Positions 35,886 through 44,487 of a DNA stretch of 64,000 nucleotides are shown one piece after another; the first letter of the stretch is position 1; each line of letters begins with the position of its first letter. This DNA is from a virus (taxonomy: Duplodnaviria; Caudoviricetes), in IMG/VR virus record IMGVR_UViG_2767802057_000001, positions 3,839 to 67,838 of that record. One strand, 5' to 3'. The notes below the pieces were generated by a model. The model worked only from the letters and a program-made list of their open reading frames with translations. It made no database searches and had not been told where the DNA came from. Both the position numbers and the translations under genes were made by a program.

Positions 35886-37889
35886 CTAGGTCAAAGCGGT
35901 CAGCGCTTCGATCTTGTAGCCGCGCGGGTTCTCGAAGCCGTCAATCGCGCCGATCGGCACCGGCGCGCCGACCCCGACGTCCCGGAGCAGCTTCCGCAGC
36001 GTGGCGACAGTGAGGTCGCCGTACAGCTCCGGCTTCAGCGTGATGAGCGCTTCAGCAAGGGCCTCGGTGCGGATCCGGTCCGCGCCCGCATCCGCCATCA
36101 CCTCGATGGCGTCGAACACGACCTGCCGGTCACCGGAGATCAGCTTCTGCTCCGCTCCCCCATCGGCCAGGTGCAGCAGCCCGGCGGCGGCAAGGGTGTC
36201 GCGGTCGAACCACGGTCGGCCAGCATCTATGCGATCGGTGACCGCCTGCTTGATCGCCTCGTTGCTGTGCTCGTTCCAGCCGTACAGCAACGGCCGGTCA
36301 AGGCCAGGGCCCTTGACATAGGACTGGCCGGCATCGTTCTTGATCTGCCTGTTCTGGGCGGGGACGAGCCGGTCGGGGCGGAAGCCCTTGGCGGCGGCGC
36401 CCTGACCGAAGACGATGCGGATGTCGTCCCAGCGGGAAGCGAGCATGACCTGCAGGGTGAAGGTGTCGGCGATCGCGTCACCCATGGCGTCGGACGTGGC
36501 GTCCTGGCCGGCCGCGATCGGGTAGATACCGGACTGCTTACCGAGGCGCAGCAGCTCGATGAACAGCTCCTTCGCCTTCGGACTGAGGTAGATGAACTCG
36601 TCGACGAACGCGAAGATCGCCGGGCGCTCCTTGGTGGCCACCCAGGTGTCGCCCATGCCGAGCCGGTTCCGGACGACGTTGCGGCCCTTGGCCATCTTCA
36701 CCAGGTTCTCCAGCCACTCCTCGCAGGCCTTGTTGCCGCGGATCGGCGGGACGGCCATGACGCCTTCGAACTCGCGGAGCCCGTCCTTGACCGGGTCGAG
36801 GTCGAGGGCGATCGCGTTGTGGCAGGCGGTGATGACCTCGGCCAGGTCACGCAGGACACCGGTGGTCTTGGCAGCACCGGAGACGCCGATGACGAGGATG
36901 CGCAGCCCTTCGAGGACCAGGTCGAGGCCGGAGCCGTCCATGCAGCGGCCGAAGTTGTGGCTGTCGGCGATGTCGAGGCTGTTCGGGGCGTGGACGGCGG
37001 GCTTGGGCATGTCCTCGAACGGGTTGCCGGTGACGAGGCGGAGCACGATGTGCGCGGACTGCTGGGGGTCGGGGTCGATGAGGGTGCCGCCGTGCTTGAG
37101 GTTGAAGTGGACGTCGAGCTGGTCGGCGACGGCGTTGACCTTGCCGGGGGTTGCGCCCTTGAGGATGACGTCGATCTCCCAGAACTTGCCGCGGAAGCCG
37201 AGCGCCCGGATCTGCCGGGCTTCGATCCCTTCCCAGGCGAGCGCGCGGGACACGCAGTCCTCGACCATTCCGGGCGATGTGCACACGGCGAGCGGGAACG
37301 GCTCGTCGCTGTTGGGGTCGTCCTGGTCGGCGATGATCGCCTGCGGTGCGAGCTCGGGCCGGTGGGCACGGTAGCGGCCGTAGGCGGTGATGCCGGCGGC
37401 CAGGGCAAGTCCGGTGCCGGTGGGCGGGATCGCCGCGGCCGGGCCGATGGCCTCCATGTGGGCTTCGGCGACGAGCGCCCACCAGCCAGTCAGGTTGAGG
37501 CCGGCGGTGATGCCTCCGACCCAGCCGAGGAGCTTCCACCGCTTCTTGCGGACTTCGTCGACTTTGTTCCAGTCGCCTTTCTTCTGCATGCCGCCGATGA
37601 CCTCTTGAAGGTCGTGGGCGCGCACGTACCGCCAGCCGAGGAAGCAGACGGCCTTGAGGCCGATACCGAAGTAGCGGGCGGAGAGGCCGGCCGCCCGTCC
37701 GGTCGTGGCGGCCACCACCATCGCCGCGGAGCTGGTCTTCGCGAGGACGGGGGTGTGCGGCTCGTAGGGGACGACGATGCCGGGCGGGATGTCTTCGTCG
37801 GCGAGGTCGTCGGGCACGTGCAGCTCGCCGGGAATGACCTTGGTCAGGTCCCAGTCGTGGGGCAGCTCGGGGTGCGCTTCGGTGGTCAT
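35886..37889 (-). CDS. traB: TraB/TraSA-like FtsK/SpoIIIE conjugative DNA translocase
   Basis: N-terminal TM segments, GVSGAAKT Walker A, IFAFVDEF Walker B, LLRLGKQSGI...AGQ, GQSYV, C-terminal wHTH-sized domain. Confidence 0.85.
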   Translation of the reverse strand: MTTEAHPELPHDWDLTKVIPGELHVPDDLADEDIPPGIVVPYEPHTPVLAKTSSAAMVVAATTGRAAGLSARYFGIGLKAVCFLGWRYVRAHDLQEVIGGMQKKGDWNKVDEVRKKRWKLLGWVGGITAGLNLTGWWALVAEAHMEAIGPAAAIPPTGTGLALAAGITAYGRYRAHRPELAPQAIIADQDDPNSDEPFPLAVCTSPGMVEDCVSRALAWEGIEARQIRALGFRGKFWEIDVILKGATPGKVNAVADQLDVHFNLKHGGTLIDPDPQQSAHIVLRLVTGNPFEDMPKPAVHAPNSLDIADSHNFGRCMDGSGLDLVLEGLRILVIGVSGAAKTTGVLRDLAEVITACHNAIALDLDPVKDGLREFEGVMAVPPIRGNKACEEWLENLVKMAKGRNVVRNRLGMGDTWVATKERPAIFAFVDEFIYLSPKAKELFIELLRLGKQSGIYPIAAGQDATSDAMGDAIADTFTLQVMLASRWDDIRIVFGQGAAAKGFRPDRLVPAQNRQIKNDAGQSYVKGPGLDRPLLYGWNEHSNEAIKQAVTDRIDAGRPWFDRDTLAAAGLLHLADGGAEQKLISGDRQVVFDAIEVMADAGADRIRTEALAEALITLKPELYGDLTVATLRKLLRDVGVGAPVPIGAIDGFENPRGYKIEALTALT

Positions 37890-39238
37890 CACTGGTCCTT
37901 CTTCGCAGCGGCGTTGCGGGCGGTAATGGAGGCCTGACGACGGGCCACGGACACGTACTTCACGTCGCCCTTGGTGCGCACTCCGCGACGCGCGGGAGGG
38001 TTGTAGACGCGGGGCTGCTTGGTACCCGGCACTTGCGAAGCACGCTGCGCGTTCGCGGTCTTGCTGAGGGTGTTGACGGGGGTGCCGGTGAGGGCAGATT
38101 GGACGCGCGCTTCCGCCTTCAGGCGGGAGGTGATGGACTCGATGGACTCGCCCGGGTCGGTGCCCTTGATGTTGCGGTAGGCGCGCTTCCAGACGGCCTC
38201 GTCGTTCGGTGTCGAACCGACCGCGGCGGCGATCTTCACGGCCTCGTGCCACACGTCCGGGAACTCTCGCTGACGATCCTCGGTCAGCTGCCGCAGCTTG
38301 ACCTCTGCGTCCTTCCGTGCGGCCTGCTCCTCGGCGGCGCGACGCTTCTCCTCGGCGGCCTTCCGGGCGGCCTCGGCGCGCTCCGCCTTCCGCTGTGCGC
38401 GACGTTCGCGACGGGACAGCTTGCCATCCAGCTTCCGGATCCGGCCGTGCTCGTGGAGATCCCAGACGCCGGGGCCGGCGATGCTGGCGAATGCCGTACC
38501 GATCGCGGTCGCCGGGTCGAAGGCGTGCATGCCGTGCCAGAGGTTGATGCTCGCGGCGATGAAAGCGAGCAGCCAGGCGATCAGCCGGTAGTGCCAGTGC
38601 GGCCGGTGGTCGTCGACCGCGGCACGGGCACCCTGCAGAACCACCCACGCGCCGCCCTCGAGCATGAACGGCGCGACCAGCAGCCACTTCGCGTGCGGGT
38701 TGTAGAAGGCGGCCATCTGCACCGGCAGGGCGACAACGGCGCAGACGACCGCGAAGCCGAGCGCACACCTCGTCCATACGTTCGCGGTCTTCTGCCGCTT
38801 CTCCACCTGCTCGGCCTCGGCCTGCTGCTGCTCGGCGGCCTGCCGGTCGGATTCCTCGCGGGCGCGGTCGGCGTCCGCCTTGCGCTTCCTGCTCTCGGCG
38901 ATCCGCGCCTCGGACGCGGCCTCGTCCTCGCGAGCCTTCCGCTCCAACTTGTCGTTGTTGAGGCGCAGCCGGCGGGCCTCTTCCTCCGCCTTGGCGCGGA
39001 TGGCGTCGGCCTCGGCCTCGGCGCGCAGGCGCTGCTCCTCGGCCTCGGCCCAGGCTCGGGCGCGGATCGCCTCGGCCTCGGCCTGCGCGATCAGGTCGCT
39101 CTCGGGCTGCGCGTCGTCGGGCGAGGCGGGGATGCTGGGCTCGGTGGCGGGGGTGGCCTCTATGGGCTGCCAGTCCCCCAGCACCTGCAGGGCCTGCGGC
39201 CGGGCGCGGCCGTTCACCTTCGGCGGGCTGGCAGTCAT
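37889..39238 (-). CDS. Spd-like membrane protein (DUF2637-like)
   Basis: Long Ala/Glu coiled coil, four TM helices, second coiled coil; TGATG-coupled to traB. Confidence 0.7.
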   Translation of the reverse strand: MTASPPKVNGRARPQALQVLGDWQPIEATPATEPSIPASPDDAQPESDLIAQAEAEAIRARAWAEAEEQRLRAEAEADAIRAKAEEEARRLRLNNDKLERKAREDEAASEARIAESRKRKADADRAREESDRQAAEQQQAEAEQVEKRQKTANVWTRCALGFAVVCAVVALPVQMAAFYNPHAKWLLVAPFMLEGGAWVVLQGARAAVDDHRPHWHYRLIAWLLAFIAASINLWHGMHAFDPATAIGTAFASIAGPGVWDLHEHGRIRKLDGKLSRRERRAQRKAERAEAARKAAEEKRRAAEEQAARKDAEVKLRQLTEDRQREFPDVWHEAVKIAAAVGSTPNDEAVWKRAYRNIKGTDPGESIESITSRLKAEARVQSALTGTPVNTLSKTANAQRASQVPGTKQPRVYNPPARRGVRTKGDVKYVSVARRQASITARNAAAKKDQ

Positions 39239-39261
39239 GGCTGGTCTGTCCTCTCTGGGTT

Positions 39262-39459
39262 TCAGCCGCGGCGAGCGGCGTGGTGAGCGTGGAGGGTGCT
39301 GATCAGGTGGTCGAGGACGTACATCGCGGCGAGGGCCGCGATGATCGCGCTCAGCAACGGCACCGGACGCGGCGCGTCCAGGGAGGCGGCCACTCGGCCG
39401 ACGGTGATCCCGAACACGAGGGACGGCACGAACGTGGCGACCCAGGCCAGGAAGCACAT
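39262..39459 (-). CDS. Small two-TM membrane protein
   Basis: Two hydrophobic segments in 65 aa. Confidence 0.6.
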   Translation of the reverse strand: MCFLAWVATFVPSLVFGITVGRVAASLDAPRPVPLLSAIIAALAAMYVLDHLISTLHAHHAARRG

Positions 39460-39460
39460 G

Positions 39461-39664
39461 TCACTCCCCCCGCCTGCGCCGGCTGCGCGTGGACCGGTAG
39501 CCGAACGGGCCGGGCAGGTCCATCGAGGTGGTGGTGCGGCCAGTGCTGGACCAGGTCCGCTTCGGCCCGTGCTTGGGGCCGACGGTGATCGACCAGGACT
39601 TGGCGTTCAGGTTCAGGCGGACCCCGGGCAGGATCCGGAACGACCTACGGAACGTGATCGGCAC
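39461..39664 (-). CDS. DUF4236-like small basic protein
   Basis: FRRSFRILPGVRLNLNAKSWSITVG signature. Confidence 0.75.
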   Translation of the reverse strand: MPITFRRSFRILPGVRLNLNAKSWSITVGPKHGPKRTWSSTGRTTTSMDLPGPFGYRSTRSRRRRGE

Positions 39665-39675
39665 TGCGTGTCCTC

Positions 39676-39969
39676 TCAGACGGTCGCGCGGCGGGCGCGG
39701 TGGAATTCGCGGATGAACTCGTCGGTCAGGCCGGAGCCGATGGCCGCCCCGACCGGGCCGATCCCGGTGACGGACGCAGCCCACAGCTCCAGCCAGGCGG
39801 CTCGGGTGGCCAGGTAGTTGATGACGGGACGGGCGGAGCGCACGACGAAGACGAGCGCGCCGAGCCCTGCCATCACCAGCAGGGCCAGAGTCTTCAGCGC
39901 CCACCGGCCCGCCCAGCGGGCCGCAAGCCGCAGCCGACTGGGCTTCGCGGTGATCAGATACGGGCGCAT
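39676..39969 (-). CDS. Small membrane protein
   Basis: GAGG RBS; central TM helix. Confidence 0.65.
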   Translation of the reverse strand: MRPYLITAKPSRLRLAARWAGRWALKTLALLVMAGLGALVFVVRSARPVINYLATRAAWLELWAASVTGIGPVGAAIGSGLTDEFIREFHRARRATV

Positions 39970-40057
39970 GACGACCTCACTCGGGGTCGGAACGGACAGT
40001 GGGGGGTGCCGCCGCGCGAGACGGGGGGTTGGTGGTCGCGCGGCGGCGGTCTCGGGG

Positions 40058-40294
40058 TCAGGCGGCGGCCGGGTAGTCGAAGCCGTCGAGCTCGGAGGCG
40101 AGAGCGGGGTCGCGCTTTACCGCGTCGCGGATCGCCTTCATGCGGGCCAGGTCGCCGGACCGGCGGGCGGCGGCGTAGTCGGCGAACAGGTCGCTGATGC
40201 TGAGCACCTGCAGGTCGGACACGAGGGTCGCGGCGCGGGCCTTCCGGCCGATCTCGGTGGCGCCCAGGTCGGCGGAGAACAGGTACGGGGACAT
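40058..40294 (-). CDS. Hypothetical protein
   Basis: AGAGGA RBS; compact helical ORF. Confidence 0.6.
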   Translation of the reverse strand: MSPYLFSADLGATEIGRKARAATLVSDLQVLSISDLFADYAAARRSGDLARMKAIRDAVKRDPALASELDGFDYPAAA

Positions 40295-40346
40295 GACGGA
40301 TCACGGATCCTCTCTGGATCAAGAAGGGGGTTTGGTAAGCGGCGGG

Positions 40347-40658
40347 TCAGGCAGTAGGGCGGGGCAGAGCGCGGCAGGTCTCGGCGTGGGCTTGAGCCCA
40401 CTCGCGGGCGTCCTTGTCGGCCGCCTCCGGGACGCGCTCCTCACGCTGAGCGGTCAGGCCCCAGACCATCCGGTAGTGGCTGTGCTCGGAGGAGTCCGGG
40501 CAGCCGGTGCAGTTGGCGAGCGTTGCGTAGGGCTCGGGCGGGGTGAGCGCGTTGCACATGTAGGTGATGTCGACGTGAGCGCCGCCGACGGTGAGGTAGC
40601 GGGCGATGACGCCCTCCGGCCAGGCGGTGGGCGCGATGGTGCGGGCGGTAGAAGACAT
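40347..40658 (-). CDS. Hypothetical protein (Cys/His motif)
   Basis: ARYLTVGGAHVDI...CTGC...WAQAHAETCRALP. Confidence 0.7.
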   Translation of the reverse strand: MSSTARTIAPTAWPEGVIARYLTVGGAHVDITYMCNALTPPEPYATLANCTGCPDSSEHSHYRMVWGLTAQREERVPEAADKDAREWAQAHAETCRALPRPTA

Positions 40659-40762
40659 GGCTGATCTCCTCGGTTGGTCATGCCGGGATGGGGTTGGTGG
40701 TGTGCCGCGGGCGCGGGACGGGGGGGGAGTTGTCGGACCGCGCCCGCGGCGGTCGGTGGGGT

Positions 40763-40894
40763 TCAGCGCTTCAGGAGGGCGGCGGCCTGACGGGCGGCCT
40801 CGGCAGCAGCGGCGGCCTGCTTCGCCGCCTCCATGTGCTGCCGGGTGAACTCGGCGAGATCCTTCGCGGCCGCGCCCTGGTCGGCGGGGCTCAC
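40763..40894 (-). CDS. Small helical protein
   Basis: GTGA overlap, GGGAGG RBS. Confidence 0.5.
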   Translation of the reverse strand: MSPADQGAAAKDLAEFTRQHMEAAKQAAAAAEAARQAAALLKR

Positions 40895-41160
40895 GACGCC
40901 TCCCCGGCTACGGCTCGCAGGTGCCGGATCGGCTGCGGGCTGCCCCACTGCCGGTCTTCGATGGCCTCCAGCAGCTGGGTCAGCTGCTCGACGCCGGCCT
41001 CCGACACGGTCAGCTGCCACTGGAAGGTGCCGCCGGGGACACCGTCCACGGTGTGGATCGGCAGGGCCAGGAAGGCGTCGGCGGGGTTGGGGTCGAGGGC
41101 GCGGAGGAGACGGGCGAGACGATGACCGAGGGCCACGGCACGCAGGTCACGCTCGTTCAT
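40891..41160 (-). CDS. Hypothetical protein
   Basis: Coupled overlaps. Confidence 0.6.
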   Translation of the reverse strand: MNERDLRAVALGHRLARLLRALDPNPADAFLALPIHTVDGVPGGTFQWQLTVSEAGVEQLTQLLEAIEDRQWGSPQPIRHLRAVAGEAS

Positions 41161-41357
41161 CGCTGCTCACCGCCGTCGATGACGCGGAGCAGGATGTCGA
41201 CGGCTGCCAGGAGCTTGCCGATCCGGTCGACCTGCCACGCCTTGGCGGCGGTCTCGCCCTCGGGGCAGGCTTCCGGCTCGGTCTCGCGGAGGAGACGGCG
41301 GGCGTAATCGACGTAGGCCCGGTCGGCAGCGTCCAACTCGATACGGGAGGCCATCAC
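41157..41357 (-). CDS. Hypothetical protein
   Basis: Coupled overlaps. Confidence 0.6.
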   Translation of the reverse strand: MMASRIELDAADRAYVDYARRLLRETEPEACPEGETAAKAWQVDRIGKLLAAVDILLRVIDGGEQR

Positions 41358-41629
41358 GCCACCTCGACGATCACGAGGAAGTCGTCGGACGGCAGGTCGA
41401 GGACGACCTCGGCGGCCACGCCCTCGCGGCGCTGCTGAGCGGCGAACTCCTCCGCCGGCCAGGAGCCGCGCGGGTTGCCAGCCGGGATCCGGTGCAGGAT
41501 CTCGCGGGTCGGCTTCGGCGCGGGCGGCGCGGTGCGGACGTAACTGCCGGCCTCGTGGGCGAGGCGGTCGGCCGGGGTCATGCCCTGGCCATCGGCGCTC
41601 ACGGGCGCCTGTACGATCTCGGTAGCCAC
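41354..41629 (-). CDS. Hypothetical protein, first gene of transfer operon
   Basis: AAGGAGA RBS before GTG. Confidence 0.65.
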   Translation of the reverse strand: MATEIVQAPVSADGQGMTPADRLAHEAGSYVRTAPPAPKPTREILHRIPAGNPRGSWPAEEFAAQQRREGVAAEVVLDLPSDDFLVIVEVA

Positions 41630-41748
41630 AGGGTCTCCTTGTCAGAACCTGGTGGTCAGGGCCGGCACGCGAGGTGAGAGTCGCGTTGTCCGGCCCGCTT
41701 TGCTGTTGTCGTCGCTCGCGGACTGGGTCCGGTGAGAGTGAGCGCCGG

Positions 41749-41804
41749 TCTCAAGTTTTCGCTTGAGATGACTCGACCATAGGGCCCTCCGAAGTCGCCG
41801 TCAA
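41749..41804 (-). promoter_or_regulatory. Sigma70/HrdB-type promoter with downstream operator
   Basis: TTGACG(41804-41799)-17bp-TATGGT(41781-41776); inverted repeat TCTCAAG-N6-CTTGAGA at 41749-41768; extra CTTGAGA at 41842. Confidence 0.75.
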
Positions 41805-41877
41805 GCGCATCCGCACCCCAACTCGTCTGCACAAGCCGAACCTTGAGAGTCTGTCCGGAGCCCCCTACCCTCAGGGC

Positions 41878-42117
41878 ATGACTCCCTCGAACTCCGACTT
41901 CACCCAGCTCGCCGAACGCATCAGAGGAATCGACGACCTCGGCGAGCGCTACAGGGAGATCAGGCAAGCCGAGGCGGTGTTCAAGACCCTGGTCCGCACC
42001 CTCCTCCAGGAGGTCGCCCAGGGCCTGAAGGACGAAGGAAAGACCTGGCCAGAGGTCGCGCAGGTCATGGGTGGCGTCACCTACCAGCGCGCCCACCAAA
42101 TCGCTCGCGGTGAATGA
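41878..42117 (+). CDS. Small HTH regulator (candidate Kor-type repressor)
   Basis: GKTWPEVAQVMGGVTYQRAHQIA HTH; divergent from transfer operon. Confidence 0.75.
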   Translation: MTPSNSDFTQLAERIRGIDDLGERYREIRQAEAVFKTLVRTLLQEVAQGLKDEGKTWPEVAQVMGGVTYQRAHQIARGE

Positions 42118-42265
42118 GCAGACCGTCATGGGGCCAGTCTTCGCGCGGGCACGCGCTCAGACCATGAAGCCCCAATGCAGCACCATGCAGTGATCTGCAG
42201 CGGGACATGCAGCCACATGCAGACCCGCCGCAACAAGGCCCACGGAAGCGGCCGAGGAGCCGATA

Positions 42266-42901
42266 GTGGACGGACAGCAGTGGACCGGGCGGAAAGCAGC
42301 CTGGCTCCAGGACGCATTCGAAATGACCCAGGAGGCGTTCGCGGGAAAGCTCGGGGTTTCGGTTCGCAGCGTCGCATCGTGGCGCGCGAACCCAGACATG
42401 ATTCCCCAGCAGGAAACGCAGCGCATCCTGGACACGACTTTAGCGATGGCAGGTGATGCGGTGCGTCGGCGGTTCATCCATTTGTCGCGGACGGCTATAG
42501 CGCAGCCGGAAGTTCAGGCGCTGCGGGTGGCGATCGCCGTGGTTCGCCGCGGAGGTGACGTGCTGCTCGTGTGCAGGCAGGACGGCGAAGACATCGCGTG
42601 GCAGTTCCCGGCCGGCATCGTGAAGCCGGGCGGCTCGGCATCGAAAGTCGCGGTGCGGGAAACCCTGGCTGAGACCGGCGTGCACTGCACGGTCCGCGAG
42701 CATTTGGGTGAACGACTCCATCCCCACACCCACGCAATGTGCGACTACTTCGTTTGCGATTACGTGCATGGCGAGGCGATCAATGGGGACAGCTCGGAGA
42801 ACGTCGCCGTGGCCTGGGCTCCGATAGCGGAGCTCGCCCGCTTCATCCCCACCGACCGCATCTACCCGCCGATCCTCGACGCCCTGGAGGCGACCGTATG
42901 A
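42266..42901 (+). CDS. XRE-HTH fused to degenerate Nudix domain
   Basis: MTQEAFAGKLGVSVRSVASW HTH; Nudix box GIVKPGGSASKVAVRETLAETGV lacks two conserved Glu. Confidence 0.85.
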   Translation: MDGQQWTGRKAAWLQDAFEMTQEAFAGKLGVSVRSVASWRANPDMIPQQETQRILDTTLAMAGDAVRRRFIHLSRTAIAQPEVQALRVAIAVVRRGGDVLLVCRQDGEDIAWQFPAGIVKPGGSASKVAVRETLAETGVHCTVREHLGERLHPHTHAMCDYFVCDYVHGEAINGDSSENVAVAWAPIAELARFIPTDRIYPPILDALEATV

Positions 42902-43305
42902 CCACCGAGACAAAGAAGCCCGACGTCAGCGCCGCCATCATCACGGACGGAGGACGTGTCCTCATGGTGCGGCGCCGCGTGAAGGAGGGCGAGCTCAGCT
43001 GGCAGTTCCCGGCCGGCGGCGTCGAGGACGGGGAGACGGCGGAGCAAGCCGCAGTGCGGGAAACGCTCGAGGAGACCGCCTTGACCGTGAAGGCGGTGAA
43101 GTACATCGGCGACCGGGTTCATCCGAAGACCGGCAAGTTCATGGCCTATACCGCGTGCGAGGTTGTCGACGGCGAGGCCCGGGTCGCGGACGCCGAGGAG
43201 CTGGACCTGGTGGCGTGGGTCGCGCACGACGAGATCCCCGACCTGGTGCCCTACGGCCTTTTCGAGCCGGTGCAGGCTTACCTGGACGACGTGTTGCCGC
43301 ACTGA
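42898..43305 (+). CDS. Nudix hydrolase (MutT/Pif-like)
   Basis: GGVEDGETAEQAAVRETLEETAL Nudix box; ATGA overlap. Confidence 0.9.
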   Translation: MTTETKKPDVSAAIITDGGRVLMVRRRVKEGELSWQFPAGGVEDGETAEQAAVRETLEETALTVKAVKYIGDRVHPKTGKFMAYTACEVVDGEARVADAEELDLVAWVAHDEIPDLVPYGLFEPVQAYLDDVLPH

Positions 43306-43389
43306 CGGTGTGACCTGCAACTCACTCCAAGTAGGGATGGAAATCGTGTCGCCCGAATGAGTGAATAGAGCAGGCCCTGAAACGCGAAC

Positions 43390-43415
43390 GGCCGGGCGGT
43401 GGCGACCGCCCGGCC
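43390..43415. terminator. Hairpin after Nudix pair
   Basis: GGCCGGGCGGT-ggcg-ACCGCCCGGCC perfect 11-bp stem. Confidence 0.65.
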
Positions 43416-43478
43416 AGTTCGACCGGCGAGTGGCGACTCGCCGATCAACACCCAACCCTGCGAAGGATGGAGTTCTCC

Positions 43479-43778
43479 ATGACGGTAGCAGCCCCTGCCC
43501 GCTTAACGCCCGCGACTTTGTCGACAGATCACCTCATGGATACGCCACTCCCCCAGCTGCTCGCCGAGCTCGGCGTGGACGTAACCACCACCTCGCAGAT
43601 CATCGACCCGACGTTCACCGGGGCGACGGCGCTCCGCCCGGACGGGTCGCTGCTGCTGGTCAGGCCCCAGGCGCGGCCGGCCTTGGAGTGGGACATGCTC
43701 GCGAGGGCCATGCTGGGCCGCGCGTTCGGCGTGGCCTTGCCGGACCTGCCGACACCCTACGAGCTGACCGAGGTGTAG
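43479..43778 (+). CDS. Hypothetical protein
   Basis: GGAG RBS; followed by hairpin 43788-43824. Confidence 0.65.
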   Translation: MTVAAPARLTPATLSTDHLMDTPLPQLLAELGVDVTTTSQIIDPTFTGATALRPDGSLLLVRPQARPALEWDMLARAMLGRAFGVALPDLPTPYELTEV

Positions 43779-43934
43779 CGGCTGGCGACAGGCGCCCCTC
43801 TGCTGTGGCAGGTGGGGCGCCTGTTGCTGTCGGCTGGTGACGACCGTCACAGCCTGCCGTAAGTGGCTTGCCGAGCCCTGTCCCCCCACCGGACTCTGAT
43901 GCTCTCAACTCCCGCCGCTGCCGTCGAGGTTGCC

Positions 43935-44261
43935 ATGCAGTGCCCGAGCCCGAAGTGCCAGTCGTCGAACGTTCAGCTCCTGTCCCACTACGTCGATTCG
44001 CTACCGTCCGGGTCGCCGCATCGGACGACCTACGCGCAGCCGGCGGCGGCCGACGGGTCGGTCCTCGCCGCGGTAGGCCTGGCGGTGCTCGGCATGGTCG
44101 CCCTGTTCTCGGGGCAGATCCTGGCGGGCCTGATCGCAGTTGCCGCGGCCATCGTGTGGGGTGCGGCAGTCCACCGGCGGGCGGAGGCTGCGGAGGCGGC
44201 ACGGACGGCGTGGGCGAACAAGCGGATCTGCCTCGCCTGCTCCGAGCAGTGGGTGCCGTAG
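43935..44261 (+). CDS. Membrane protein with split zinc ribbon
   Basis: CPSPKC, two TM helices, CLAC. Confidence 0.7.
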   Translation: MQCPSPKCQSSNVQLLSHYVDSLPSGSPHRTTYAQPAAADGSVLAAVGLAVLGMVALFSGQILAGLIAVAAAIVWGAAVHRRAEAAEAARTAWANKRICLACSEQWVP

Positions 44262-44487
44262 GCAGCTCATCGCCCCGCTGGGGCCGCCCGCGTTGTCCTC
44301 GACTGGAGCAATACCGCCACATCGGGCGTAACAGCTGCTGCAATCCTCTGATCAGGGTCTTAGCGGATCCTCTGGCGGGTATCTAGCTGTGGGGCTTTCA
44401 CTCTCCCGGATGCTGTGACCGTGGGGTGCTTGCGCTGTTGTCAGTGGGTGGTGTTTCACTGTCGGCACCACGAACTGGGGGTTGACT

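Noticed and set aside
13189-37937. Long plus-strand ORFs (e.g. 13189..14847, 16257..18581, 26023..28101, 35856..37937)
   Set aside because: Antisense shadows of well-supported minus-strand genes, typical of high-GC DNA; no motifs or RBS
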